From Piromyces finnis finn (taxonomy: Eukaryota; Fungi; Neocallimastigomycota): a stretch of 64,000 nucleotides of DNA. The notes beneath the pieces are model-generated. The model had not been told where the DNA came from. It made no database searches and saw nothing but the letters and a program-made list of their open reading frames with translations. The stretch is from contig MCFH01000023.1 in the NCBI GenBank assembly GCA_002104945.1, positions 372,001 through 436,000 of the forward strand, in the 5' to 3' direction. The translations under genes and the position numbers were made by a program. Positions 22,260 to 36,255 of the stretch are shown piece after piece; position 1 is the stretch's first letter, and the number at the start of each line of letters is the position of its first letter.

Positions 22260-23443
22260 ATTTCATTTGAAAATGAAAAGATCATAGAAAATATATAACT
22301 CGAAAATAAAAAAAGGTAATAAGAAGATAATAGCCTTTTATAAAATAAAAAGTAGAATTAAAAAAATAAAAAGTAAAAAAAAATAATTTATAGAAGAGCA
22401 TTATTTCATTGAAAATAGATAAACATTACTTCTACATTAAATAATTAATTATTACGTTTAGTAATAATAAATATAGAGTATTAATATATTTTGATAGAAT
22501 CTTTTTTTTTTTAGTTTTAATTTTATTATTTTATTTATATTTTAAACTAATATATCTTACCTATATTTTTATTTGTAATTTTTATTATTATTAAATTATT
22601 ATTTATTGAAAAGTAATCAAATAAATAAATAAATAAATATAAAAATGTAAATTTTAATCAAAATTTTCTGTATTTTTTGTAATTTAAAATTACAAAATTA
22701 ATAAAATTAGATATTTGTAATATATGATTAATTTATAATTTTTTTTTAAGTGTGTTTGACTGCATTAGATAAAAAAAAAAAAGAACTTGGTATTAGATAA
22801 AATGTTATTTTGCTTTATACAATTAATAATAATAATAGTAAATAATTAATTATTTATAATCATTAATAGCATTAATTATTATTGATATATATATATTTTT
22901 TTTACTATTATTAATAAAAAGTATTTTGACAGCTATATTGACTATATTGACAGCTTTAAATAAAATGAAAAAATCTATATTTTTTATTTTTATTATTTTA
23001 ATATATAAAAAAATAAAATATATTATTATATAATATTTTATATTATAATAATATATATAACATTAACAAATATTAATATATATAGAGATTGATGCATTTA
23101 TTTATTTATTCATTTATTATATTGTATTTGAATTATTACTTGAACCAATAATTTGAATAATGGCTATAAATTTTATTGTTAATTACAGCAATAAAGATTA
23201 TTAAAAGTAAAAATAAAATATATTTTATAAAATGTTATTCATTTTAGAAGGTTGAATTTTAAAATTTCTAGGAATAGAAAAGTTTTTATTTTCTAAATAT
23301 AAAAGTTTTTTTTGTAGAAATGTTTATGTTTAAAATAGAATAATAAAAAATATAATAAATAAATTGGAAAACATATATTTAATAAAATAAAATAATACAA
23401 ATATCAAGTTTCAGTAAATTTATTTTTCTTTTATACAATAAAA

Positions 23444-24169
23444 ATGAAACTTTATAAAAGTATTATAATAATTATAACACTATCAAGTATTTCTTTAATT
23501 AATGCAAAATTAATTATGCTTATTCGTCATGGAGAAAAAATAAGTGATGCTTCTTCTAACCTAGCACCGAGAGGTAAAGCACGTGCTAATTGCCTAATTA
23601 ACATTTTTGGTAATAATGGTACCTACGCGACTCCCCAAAAAATATATGCTCAAAGTCCTACAGAGAAAAAACAATCTACAAGGCCTAGAGATACAGTTAT
23701 TCCACTAAGTAAAGAACTTGGTCTTGATGTAGATTTGTCTTATACTAGTGGTCAAATAAAGAAACTTACTAAAAATATAGTAAATACTTTTGAAAAAGTT
23801 GTATTAGTTTCTTGGTCAAATGATAACCTTCCAGAAATTGCAAGAAAATTTGGAATTGAAAATCCACCAGAGTGGGATAGTAATGTTTTTGATGATATAT
23901 GGATGATTTATGATAATGATTTACCGTCATATTATAATATTAATGGAATGAATAAAAGAGATACATATAATGGAAATGAAGGTTATTCTATGGAAATTGT
24001 AAAACAAAATATTGAGGAATGTATTAATGAAAATATAAAAAATATTTCTCAATACCCATCATCAAATGTAATTGATGATTCCGCTACTTCTTCAGGTACT
24101 AATAAAATAAGTTTAATTTATTTTATTTCAGTACTTTGTTTATTTATTTCCATAATAATAATATATTAA
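23444..24169 (+). CDS. Secreted, probably GPI-anchored histidine phosphatase family protein, paralogue 2
   Basis: Signal peptide, IRHGEK, long identical blocks shared with 19396..20112 (FGNNGTYA, IYAQSPTEKKQSTRPRDTV), and a hydrophobic C-terminus. Confidence 0.85.
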   Translation: MKLYKSIIIIITLSSISLINAKLIMLIRHGEKISDASSNLAPRGKARANCLINIFGNNGTYATPQKIYAQSPTEKKQSTRPRDTVIPLSKELGLDVDLSYTSGQIKKLTKNIVNTFEKVVLVSWSNDNLPEIARKFGIENPPEWDSNVFDDIWMIYDNDLPSYYNINGMNKRDTYNGNEGYSMEIVKQNIEECINENIKNISQYPSSNVIDDSATSSGTNKISLIYFISVLCLFISIIIIY

Positions 24170-25261
24170 TAATTAGATATCAATAAATCGTTGGCATGTT
24201 ATTAATATATTATTAATAAAAAGTATATATAAATAAAAATTGTCTATTAAAAACATTATTATTGCATAGTATATTATTTAAATAATACTAAAAATATAAT
24301 TACATTATAATTATGTGTTTATAAAATTTGAATCGAAATATAAAAATTTGTTTTTGTTGTATCTTTCAAATCAAATTTATTTTTAAATACTTTTTCTTTA
24401 TATTTTTTTTTCTAGTACGTTTAAAAGTGAATAACTGGCTGTATAATTTATATTTACATTTTCTTTATCTTTATGTTTAATAGTATATTGATCTTTGGAA
24501 AGTTTATTGCAATTTAAAAAATGAAAAACACTCATTATTAATTATTATTTCATGTGTATTAGAAAATGTTTTTTCATTATGCAATAAATCACGAATAAAT
24601 TGGATAATATCCATTATAAAAGATAAATGATATATGACAAATCATTTTATGATTAACTTGATAATATAATATAATTATCAAATATATATATATATATACT
24701 TTAAATTTATCATACTTATTTATTCTTTGTTTTAAATAATATTTAATTAATATAAATGAAAGTGATATTAATATCTTTTTTAAAAAAAATATTGCCAAAG
24801 AAGAATACCAGAGTTGAAAAATCAAGTAATTGTATATATTAATATTAATAATAATAACTCTAATATAAAAATTTTGATATGCTATTTAATAGTAAATTAA
24901 AATTATTGAAAATCATATTTTATTTTAATAAAGATTAATTTTTGTATAGTTTTGTTCTAATATATTTCCTGAATTATTTTGAATTTAATTATTGAACTTA
25001 TTTTAAATTATTGTTATTATTATTGTTATTCTTATTATTTATTTATTTAAAAATAATGAAAGAAAAATAAAGATTAATTGCATTAATATATTCAATAAAT
25101 AATATATAAATATATAATTTATCATTATTATTTTATTTATAATTTCATTAAATAAATTTATCAACCCTAATTAGCAATTATTATCATTTTCATTATTACT
25201 AGCTCTTTTATTATTATTTATTTATTTTAATTTTTTATTTTTCTTAATTTTCAAATAATAT

Positions 25262-26166
25262 TTATGCGAATAAATATAATAACCAAGAAAGACAAATAAA
25301 ACAAATTAATAAAATAAAGAAAATAATAATAAATTTAAACAATATATATATCTTCCTTTTTATGCTTTTATGTCTTGAACTAATGAAACAAAAATAACAT
25401 GAAATTGTAAAAATTATAATAGTACCTGAAAACAGAAAATTAATAAATTCCATTATACCATCAGTATCTGAAGGTCCATTTAGTGATAATCCACAAAAAT
25501 TTTCTAAATTTCAAGTATTTTCATTTTCACCTATTATTAATAATCCACAACTTTTTGATCCACATTCTTTATCAGTTTTACATATATCACTTATTGCTTT
25601 GCCACAATGCATATATGAATGTCTACCAAAAATAATCGAAAATTTATAAATGCTAGTACAAAATTCAGTTGGATTTTCTTCATTAAAAATACATAAACCA
25701 TCAATACATTTGTTAGTTAAACATTGGGAATCAGAAGTACACTTATAAAAAAGAGAAACTTGACATTTTTTCTTTTTGGTATTGTAAGATACACATATTC
25801 CATTCATATAAAAAATATATTTTAATTCATTATAAGTAAAAGATTTACTAATATATCTTTTTATATTTCCATTTTCATTTGGAATTTCAACAAATTCAGG
25901 TAAAGCATAACGCTCTACTTCAACACAAATATTATTTTTACAATAATAACGAAGATTATGATTATTTTTAATTTTCAATACTTCTGTCTTATTCAAAGTT
26001 TCATTTTTATTGTAAACATTTGAATATCTATTTAAATTATGTTTATAAGCAAAATCCAAAAAATCGGTAGAATTTTCATTAAGTATAAATTAATTCATTA
26101 TCTAATTCCAAAGAATAGACAATTTTAATATTAATAATAAAAATATATATCAAATAAGATATTCAT
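25262..26166 (-). pseudogene. Probable pseudogene of a Cys-rich (Dickkopf-N-like) membrane protein family typical of gut fungi
   Basis: The Cys-rich ORF 25511..26059 (CTSDSQCLTNKCIDGLC, CGKAISDICKTDKECGSKSC) is followed in frame, after one TGA, by NLENFCGLSLNGPSDTDG and a TM segment (25262..25453). A signal-peptide-like start at ATG 26166 needs two frameshifts. Confidence 0.6.
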
Positions 26167-26707
26167 TGTTTAAATTTATAAAATAATTTATTATTATAAT
26201 TATTAAATATTAAAATCAAATTAATAAAAAATCCTATTAATATTTATTATTTATTATGTAATTATAAACAATTTCATATTTGTTATATTTTTTTAGGTTT
26301 AATATTTATTTTATTCTTTGTAATTTATTAATTTCGATTTGAAAGAATTACTTATTACAAATATATATTCATATTAGTAATTAATATTATCACAAAAGAT
26401 TTATGAATTAAACAAAGTTACATACTTGATATAATAAATAGACAATAAATGGACACTTATTCAAATTGTTTATCATTTAATTTAAATCAGTAATTTCTTA
26501 TTTTCTAAATTAAGTTATAGATAAATATTTTATATTAAAAGCTATATATATAGTTATTGGTACAATTTAATTTTTTCATTATATATAAATTTAATTTAAG
26601 TAGTATATAATAAACCAATAATCTTATATTTTTTATATTATAGAAAAGTCTTATTACAGATTATATATAATTACATAAAATATTTTATAATTTAGAAAGT
26701 TTATGTT

Positions 26708-29700
26708 TTAGTGTGCCTGGTTGCGACTTTGAGGTAATTTAGCTCCTGCTTGATCATCATAAGGTATTTTTTCCATATTTTTATCTATAATATTATTAGG
26801 TTTAGAAATATTATTTGATATGGTATTTTGACCTTGATTTTTTATTATTGTATTAGATTGTTTTTTACTAGAACTGTTACTTCTAGCAATTATTGGTGTA
26901 TTATTATTATGTTTATTTGTTGGTGATGAACTCGTGTTATTATCCACTATTGATGATGAATTTTTATGATTTGATTTATTATTATTTACTGTTGGGATTA
27001 CTGTGCTTTGATGGGTATTTCCATTTTGATGATTAGAACTTGAACCCTGTATAGGCATCTTGTTCATACTTAAACTATTCCCATTAGGAGATTCATGAGG
27101 AAGTTGTGTATTACTGCTAGGTGCTGTTATTAATTTATTTTGTAAATTATTTGATTTTAATAATTTTATTTTATTTTCATTATTATTATTATTATTTGAA
27201 TTTAATGACAAAGTATTATTTTTTTTTCCATTTGGTTGAAATTGTTCATTGGTTGTAATGCTTGATTTTCTAGAATTATTATTTTGATGACTAGCTTTTG
27301 AATTCGAAGAAGAAGAAGTTGATATGCTAGGTCCAGAAGAAGATGTAGATGAAATACGTGTTGGAGGAGAAATGCTTTGTGGGGAGTATTGACTAGAAAT
27401 ATTATTTTGTTTATCATTCGATTTATGCATAGGGTTATTAGATACTTTTATTTTAATATGATCACTTCCATTATTATTGGAGTTATTATTATTATTATTA
27501 TTATTATTAATTCCTTTATTATTACTACTATTATTAGAATAAACTTCATTTGAACATTGTTGTTGAGGTTGTACTGATTTATATGAATTATTACTACTAT
27601 TACTACTATTGTTACTATTATTTGATGGCACAGAATTCAATGTAGAATTATTAGTTTTATTATTATCACAAAAGATTTCTAACAAAGAAGTATTTTGTTC
27701 ATTATTCATCCAATTGCTCTTAAATTCTTCATAATTATTACTCTTATTACTGTTTGATCTCTGTATATGAGGCTTTGTGTTTGTATTATCATTTTGCATT
27801 GGAAGTGGAGGTGAACATAATTTTTTATCTGTGATAGAAGTTTGATTTTGTGGTAATGATTTACTACATGACATAGAATGAGATTTATCATTTACAACTT
27901 TATTTTTATAGTATATAATCTTATCAATAATTTGCTTTTTCATTATAAAATTATTATTTACGTTATCTTTATTGAAATAATTGTTAATTGGATCTTGTTC
28001 GTTTGTTCCATTTATACTTCTTCTTTTTTGAGTATTATTATTAATAATATCACAATTATTATTTATTATTATAGAATTTCCATGATCATTTACTATATGC
28101 GAGTTTCCATTGTTATTTGAATTATTATTTATCACAGTTGCGTTTCCATTATTATTTCCATTATTATTCATTACACCTGTGTTTCCATTATTACTTCCAT
28201 TATTATTCATTACACCTGTGTTTCCATTATTACTTCCATTATTACTCATTACACTTGTGTTTCCATTATTATTTCCATTATTACTCATTACACCTGTGTT
28301 ACTATTATTATTTCCAATAATGCCATTAAAAGGATAATTTTTAATCATTGTTTGACTATCTTTATTATTTTCCATTGTTTTTTTAACTTTTGCTAAAGTT
28401 GGTAAATTTAACTCTTTTTTAATAGCAAATATATCTCTTCTCATATCCTCAATTTCACTTTTTTTAAAAACAAAAAATTTTTTTTAATAATAAAAATAGT
28501 GTTAAATTTTTAACTTAATAATGAATATAATATATTATTATTCTAATATTATATTTACTTTTTTAAATTGTTAATATATTTTTGATACTCATCCTTATCT
28601 TTTTGTCTCTAAATAAAAAATAAATATAAATACAATATTTAGATTATAACAAATATACCGTAATCAATTAGTTCCTATTATTATAACTTACATCTTTAAT
28701 CAACTTATTGATATGCTTTTCATATTCATTAGCTTGCTTTGAACTATCTTGGGTTAGTTTAGCAACTTGTTTATTTAAATAGTTGATTTTTTCTTCATAT
28801 ACACTTAAATTTAATTTATTATCAGGTGTAACATATGGATTAATAAGTTTATACAAGTTTTCTATTAAGAAAGTATTTTGTTGACATAATTTTTTTAAGG
28901 AATTTGTAGATATTGTTAATTCATACTTTTTTCTAGTAATATAACCTCTCCTTTAAAATAAATTATTGAAATAGTATAGAGAATGAAATAAAAATTTAAG
29001 GATTAAATTATTTAATTGTCTTTTTATTTATAAATCAATGTAGTATTTATATGCAATTACCATAATGCTTGAATCTTCGTGGCTTGTATATTGCTATTTT
29101 GATATTTATTGTAATAATGGCGAATATAATGACCACGAAATCCTGATTGAATTATGGTAGCAGCTTTTTTAAGCTGTTCATTATTCTCATTACTAATAGT
29201 TTTTATTGATTGATTATTATATATTATATTTTTATTTGTAGATGGAAGAGATGACTTATTATCTATATTTTTACGTTTAGTCAGATAATTAATTTTTGAG
29301 AAAAATTCATTCTTGGTAATGTATTTTGATTCCTTTTTATTAAAATAATTATAATTTTTAATAAATTTAATATTTTTCATTTGGGAAGGATGCTCAAGGT
29401 AATTGTTAATTAATTCTTTTCTTTTCAAGTAGCCACGCCAGTGAGCTTGAATAATACTAGCTGCATTTTGAAATATTTCCCAGTCAGGTTCTATAATACA
29501 TTTTGATATATCCCTCAATAAAATAATCTAATTTAATAATAATATATTTAATAAATGTTTTATTTTAAAAAATTATATAAGAGTTTATATTAATAATTAA
29601 TATAGAGAAAATAATGATAATACAAAATGAAGGTATGGTTAATACAAATATAAAAATTTACCCTTTCAATCACATCTTTTGTTATGTTACTATCATTATT

Positions 29701-30207
29701 AAGTTTTCCTTTGTTTTTAAAAAAGCAATCATCTTTATTAAATATTTTTTTTAAATCAGAACTAACCTTTATAGTTATTAAGATATAAATAATGATAATA
29801 AAAATTTATTAATGCATATTTAGTGAATTAATGAATTAATTATAATAATATTATTATAAAATGTATATCATACTTTATACGGATAAGTATTAAATACTAT
29901 TAAATTTTCTTTTTTAATCTTTTTTTTTAAAAGTGTTAAAACATTATATTGTAATATATCATCGAATTTTTCTTTTTTATCAAAATATTAAATAAATATT
30001 AAAAATTAATCATATATATTAATATAACTGTTTAAAATAATATAATTTTGGTTAATCAATACCGTTTTTAATATCAAAATTATCTACTTTTGGTTGAAGT
30101 GGGGAAACAGGTGAGGATGAAGAAAACGAAGTTTGTAGCGGTGAAGGAGAAGTCCTTTTTATATAGGGAAAAGGTGCTAGAAATGAATTATTGTAACTTT
30201 TATTCAT
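26708..30207 (-). CDS. Multi-exon IQ calmodulin-binding motif protein with a long Asn/Ser-rich tail
   Basis: IQ motifs AASIIQAHWRGYLKRK, AATIIQSGFRGHYIRH and ATKIQALW|RGYITRK (split by an intron). Exons include ORFs 29057..29518, 28668..28856 and 26708..28444. The ATG at 30207 is tentative. Confidence 0.7.
28142..28310. repeat. 39-bp coding minisatellite (13-aa unit NNGNTGVMNNNG[S/N]), about 4.3 copies
   Basis: GTTTCC anchors at 28142, 28181, 28220 and 28259. Confidence 0.9.
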
Positions 30208-31034
30208 TTAATTATACTTTTTTTTTTATATTTTTTATTTGACTGCCAAATTGTGAATAGATTTATTTACTAAATGTTTTTTTACTTAATATTATAATGT
30301 TAATTAAATGCAATATGTTTGGCTTATATAACTATTAAAAACATTTATTTATCTATATATAAAATACTACACTGTCTTTATCAATTTAATTATGAATAAA
30401 AACTTTAATTATAAAAAATTTTAACTTTAATTTATATCATAATAGTTAATGTAAGATTAATGCTGGTAGATGGTTCGTTAATAATTTATGATATGAATTG
30501 ATATATTTTTTATGGATATAATAAATATTAAAGTTTTGCATTTATCCTTATAAAATGAATTGTTAAAGAGAACTGTATAACTTTAAATTTATCACATAGC
30601 ATTTTATTTAAATTAATGTTAATCGGGATTGTATTTCTTTTTTTCTTTATTATTTTTTTTTTCATTATGCTTAAAAGAATAATTAAATTTTATAATTGCA
30701 CAAAGATTTAAAAGATTTAAAAGTGATAATTATATATATATATATATTTTTCTTCCTTTTAATATTAATGCATATTATCATAATGATTTTTTTTATATAA
30801 TAGTTATTGTTATTATTAAATAGAAATAAATATTAGTAATTAATTTAATTTCCTTTATCTATTTTTTCATTCATTGTTTAAAAATAAAAAATTATTTTAT
30901 TTGGAGGGTCAATAAATAAATATTTATTTATTATTTTATTGCTGTTATAAAGGTTTATAAATGGAATACATATTATATATTATTTATACAATACCTATAT
31001 ATATAATATTTACAATGATAATAACAAAAAAAAA

Positions 31035-31751
31035 TTAAAATAATATGAAAGTAGAAACAATTATCAAAGCAATACAAGAAAAAGAAAATCTTATAAGAGA
31101 AGTGATATTTGAGGAATCATCACTACCAATATTTTCACATTTTAAATTAGAATAAACATTATAAAATTTATTAGTACTATTTGATGAATTGCCATTATTA
31201 GAAATTTCAACAAGAGTATCGGTGATTTTTTTAATACTTTCTAAATTTATGTAACATTTACTATTTGTACAAGTTTCTTCTAAAACACTTTTTAATTCGT
31301 CACCTATTTCTGTTGAATTATAAGAATTATTAGTTTCAACATTATCCATGACATATTGAGAATATGGACATGTTTTTCCATCACTTCCTTTACCACAGTA
31401 AGTTAAATAAGTTTTTTTTAAAGAAAAGTTTACTATACCAGCCATCAAATCCATAAAGTTTATATCATCTTTTTTAATACATGCTGTTTCAGATTTTGTG
31501 ATATCCTTTATATAGTTTGAACATTTATCTTCTTCAAATTCAGAACAAAAATTCTGGATTGTTTCAGGTTTATCCAATGAATCAATATTATAACTTCCAA
31601 AGTTATAAAAGCATTTTTCATATCTTTCTAATTCTTTCTTACATTCTTTACTATTACTATTACCAAGATTATTTAGAATAGTTGATATATCATTTTGAGC
31701 AAAAGAATTTCTAATAGCAATTAATAAAAGTCCGAAAAATAAAAACCTCAT
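31035..31751 (-). CDS. Secreted Cys-rich, probably GPI-anchored surface protein
   Basis: Signal peptide MRFLFFGLLLIAIRNSFA, about 10 spaced Cys, GSDDSS linker and a hydrophobic C-terminus. Intronless. Confidence 0.8.
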   Translation of the reverse strand: MRFLFFGLLLIAIRNSFAQNDISTILNNLGNSNSKECKKELERYEKCFYNFGSYNIDSLDKPETIQNFCSEFEEDKCSNYIKDITKSETACIKKDDINFMDLMAGIVNFSLKKTYLTYCGKGSDGKTCPYSQYVMDNVETNNSYNSTEIGDELKSVLEETCTNSKCYINLESIKKITDTLVEISNNGNSSNSTNKFYNVYSNLKCENIGSDDSSNITSLIRFSFSCIALIIVSTFILF

Positions 31752-33072
31752 TTTTATTTTTTAATATTTTTTTTAAAAGATTTGATAGATTAAATGGAAT
31801 AAATATTTATTATATTTTATATAATTATTTTTAATATTATAAAAAGTCTTCCTTTTTTTATTTTATAAATAAATAATAAAATTAGTATAAACGAATTTTA
31901 AGTTAAAATCATTTTAATTAAACTTTAAAATATCAAAATCTATATATGTATATATATATATATATTTTTTTTTTTGGTATAATAATATATTGTTGTAATT
32001 TCCTTTAAACCTTACAATAATACATATAAATAATAGAAAAACTATATATTGTACTCTTTTTAATATTAATATTATTATTGTTGAATTGTTGATATAAAGT
32101 ATTTTTTTTTTAAAAGAATAATCATATAATAGTAAAATAGTTCTTTTTTATAAAAATTTTCACACTTTTATTTTTATTTTAAAATGATTTCATAAAATGA
32201 ATATTAATTAAATATATAATTTTATTATTTTATGTATAATACATTTTTAAAAAAAAATTCAGTTAATAATATTATATTATTATGCTATTAATATTTTAAA
32301 AATTTTATTTATTAAAATTTTAACAAAGATGTATATAATTTTTTAGAAAAAAAAAAAAAGATTTATCTTTAATTAAAATTTTAATAAAAATATAAAAAAT
32401 ATAGTTCATAGGATGTGATTTATTGAATTTTCACATGTTAATTTATAATATATAGTTTATAACATTTTAATATATTAAAAAAAAGTGTGAATAAAATGTT
32501 ATTGGAAATATATTTCATGATTTTATATACATTGGAAGATAGGTTTTAAAAAGAATAGTTAAAAATTACTTGGAGAAATTGAATGAAGAGTTTGATTAGT
32601 AAAATGAGTTATTGAAAACAATAAATATAAAGGTTGTGTGTTATTAAAAATCTTCAATGACTAAAAATAATATTTAAAGGAACAAATTCAAACTATTTGT
32701 TATTTATTCATCTGAAACTAAATGTAAAGATTTTTTATTATATGATATTTGATATCATATTACCAAATTGGAATCTTCTTGTTTTTTATAGCCAATATAA
32801 TTATTATAGATATTATTACTGCTTTAGAAAATACAATTACAAAAAGTTTAATATCTTTAAATTTAAGTTTTTTGATAAAAAAAAAGACAATGATTACTTA
32901 TTTTTTACATTATTATTTTTTCAGCATTTCAATTTATTAAAATTGCGCTTAAAATCTTAATATTTGAAATTTACTTATTAATAATTAAAGTTTTCTTTCT
33001 AAAAGCATTCATAAACATTTTTTGGATAAAAAAATATTTCAAATCATAATATAAACCTTTTTTGATTAAACA

Positions 33073-33107
<35 letters not shown>

Positions 33108-33114
33108 GTTGTTG

Positions 33115-33145
<31 letters not shown>

Positions 33146-33575
33146 AAAAAGAATGATACCCTTATTTCTTTTTTTCTTTTACAATATTGAAAGTAAATAA
33201 CTATAACATTGTTTATTAATTATATTCGATTTAACCTGTTTTATAAAATATATATATATCATTAATGAATGTAATTTAGTAATAAATATATAAAATTTTA
33301 GAAATATTCATATTTTTATTTATACAATTTCACTTCATTTCCCATTTTTTTTTATCTTTTTTATTTTTAATAATAAATGAAAAAACTCACACTTGTATTG
33401 TTTTATGTGTAATATCATTCCAGTATTTATAAGTAGTAAAAAATATTTTTCTTTGTCAAATCATTTTATTTTGTTCATCTTAATGTTTTATAAAAGATAG
33501 TTCTTGAAGAGTAAATTTAAAAAAGAAAATAGAATTCTTTTTTATCTAATAACTTTTCTGCAGTTTAATTATTAT

Positions 33576-33630
33576 TTAACAAGATGGAGTAGGAGCTTGA
33601 GCAATAGTGGTGGAGATATCAGAGGAAGTT

Positions 33631-33662
<32 letters not shown>

Positions 33663-35811
33663 TGTTGTTGTTGTTGTTGTTGCTATTGCTGTTTCATCAG
33701 TTAAACTAGTACTGGTGGAAGCTGGATCTGGAATATTATCAGTAGAATCAAGATTCACTTGAGTTGGGATTGGTGCTTTTGGTGTTGGATTAATAATAGC
33801 TGTTATTGGTCCTTTTATTGGTTTTGGGGTGGCTGTTGGCCCTGGAACACCCATAGGAACAGGATATATTTTTGTGGTTTTAACTGGTGTAACTGGCGTA
33901 ACTGGCGCATTAGTAGTTTCAGATGAACATAAAGTAGGAATGGTGGCATTTACTGTAGATGATGGATTTGAGTTTGGTGGTTGATTAGTACCTTCAGAAT
34001 TAGACATAATGAATGGAGAATCTGTTGTACTGGTAACAGAAATTGCTGAGGAATTAGGTAATTGCTTTGAACAGGTATTGGTATTTGATACTGATATATT
34101 TTCAATATTTTTGTTTGATGATGAAGAAGATGGATCTGGGATAGTTTTTATAGAGGATGAAGAAATATTAGTTGTTGATGCTAAATTTGTAGCAGAAGTA
34201 TTAGCACTAGTTGCAGAAGAATTAGACTTTTGTGAAGCAAGTTCCGCAAATGGATTTGTACTATCATATTGATATGAAGCAGAAGCAAATGGATTGGTAT
34301 TTGAAAATGTATTTGATGGTTCGAATGGATTTTGAGAATCATTATTAGTACCAAATGTTAAATTAATATTTTGATTTGGTTGATTTGGATATTGAATACT
34401 TGGTCCTGGAGCATTAAAACCAACATTATAAGATTGCTGGGATTGAAAACCTGATTGATAATTATTTTGGTTATTATTAATTGGTTGATTTGGATTAAAA
34501 GAAGGGCATGGATATGGATATCTATTATAATAATTATTTATATAACTTGGAGGGAGTGGTGGTCTTTCATTATATCCATTTGGAAACTGTCCGTTTGATG
34601 AATAAAATAAATTATCTTGTGGTTTTATGGAGTTATTTAGAGCAGGAGAATTTGCTGAAGCAACACCTTGATTCATATTTGATGATACAGAAGAAGAATT
34701 TTGACTATCTAATAAATCTTGGTTTGCTGTTTGTATAGTGTCTTTAGATTCAGGTGTATATTCAGGAAGAATATCAAAATCTGAATTATCATTTGGTACT
34801 AAGTAATAATAAGTATTATATTAATAATATTAATAATGAAAGGAAAGAATAAAAGAAAGATGAATATAATTATGTTGATATTTTTATCCTATATAAATAA
34901 TTGATATGATTTTTTATTTTTTAAATAATATCAAAAAAAAAAAAAAAAAAAAAAAATACCAAATTCTGCTTTCATTTTTTTTAAAATGACTTTAAATTCG
35001 AAATCTTTTCCTTTCTTGAATGTTAATTTTAATTGACCTGCTTTAGCTAAACCACCATTAGAAGTCTTATATTGTTGAAAAAAGATAAAAACATAAACCT
35101 TAGAAAATACAAATTATACTTCTAATTATATTATTATTCATTTATAAAATTAAATTAAATATATAAAAAAAATAAAATAAAATTTCAAAATTACAGGAAT
35201 AATACTACAAGTAAAAGTTGGACTTCCAAACCATCCTTTAGTTAACTTTTCATCTTTAATGCTATCTAATGATACATTAAAACTTTTTACAAATGGCGTA
35301 GCGACCTGTGGAATATAGATAAGTCTTTTATTAGTAATATATATTATTCCAAGTCTTATATAGAAGTTATCACTATAATTATTAAATATTTTAAAACAAA
35401 TTTTAAATTTAGTATATTTTTCGAATTAATATCTTATTATTATTATTTTTTTTTATTTTTTGTCAAATGAAATTAATATTTTTTATTTATATATAAATAT
35501 TTTAATAAAATTTTTTATTTTTTTTTATTATTATTTCTAAAGTAATAATAACAAACATATTTACCATGAACCAGGATAGCCTCTATAATAATAAATATAT
35601 ATTGAAAATTTTCATATTATATATCATATTTTATATTGATTTTTTTAATTATAATCTATCTTATATAATAATATAATTATTATTTTTTGTTATTATCTTA
35701 CCCTCCTCTTTCGAATTCCATTTCAACTTTTTCAACTGAAAGGTATATTTTTTCTTCATCAAAAAGAATTATATTTCCTGCTTGGTCATATTGAATTGAA
35801 TTGACAGACAT
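33576..35811 (-). CDS. WBP2-like protein (GRAM/PH-like N-terminus) with PPxY and NPF motifs, multi-exon
   Basis: Exons give MSVNSIQYDQAGNIILFDEEKIYLSVEKVEMEF, IYITNKRLIYIP..SFNVSLDSIKDEKLTKGWFGSPTF and GQLKLTFKKG, matching WBP2 N-terminal motifs from memory. The last exon has PPSY and three NPF motifs. Confidence 0.65.
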
Positions 35812-36255
35812 TATACTTTTATAGAATTATTTGTACTTATATTGTATAATTATATTATTATAAAGTAAAGATAAACTTCAAAGAAACAATGTAACTACTG
35901 ATACTTATTGATACCTTTTTTTTTTTTATTATTTTATTATATTTTATTGGATTTCAATTATTATTTATTTATTTTAAGAGACTTTTTTTTTTTTTAAACC
36001 CTTTTTGTAATTATTAATAAATATATTAAATTTAATTTTTTCTCTTTATTCTTTTTTTTCTAAAATTTTAAATTTTATAGCATTTCATATGAAATATATT
36101 AAATAATATATTGTATTATAGTAAGTAATTATTGTATTATATAAATATATATTAAATTAAAATTTGGTACATCGAATATATTTTTTTTAAAAATTATAAC
36201 TTAAATAAATGAAAATAATTAATAAAAATGTTATTATTTATTAAATATAGTAAAA

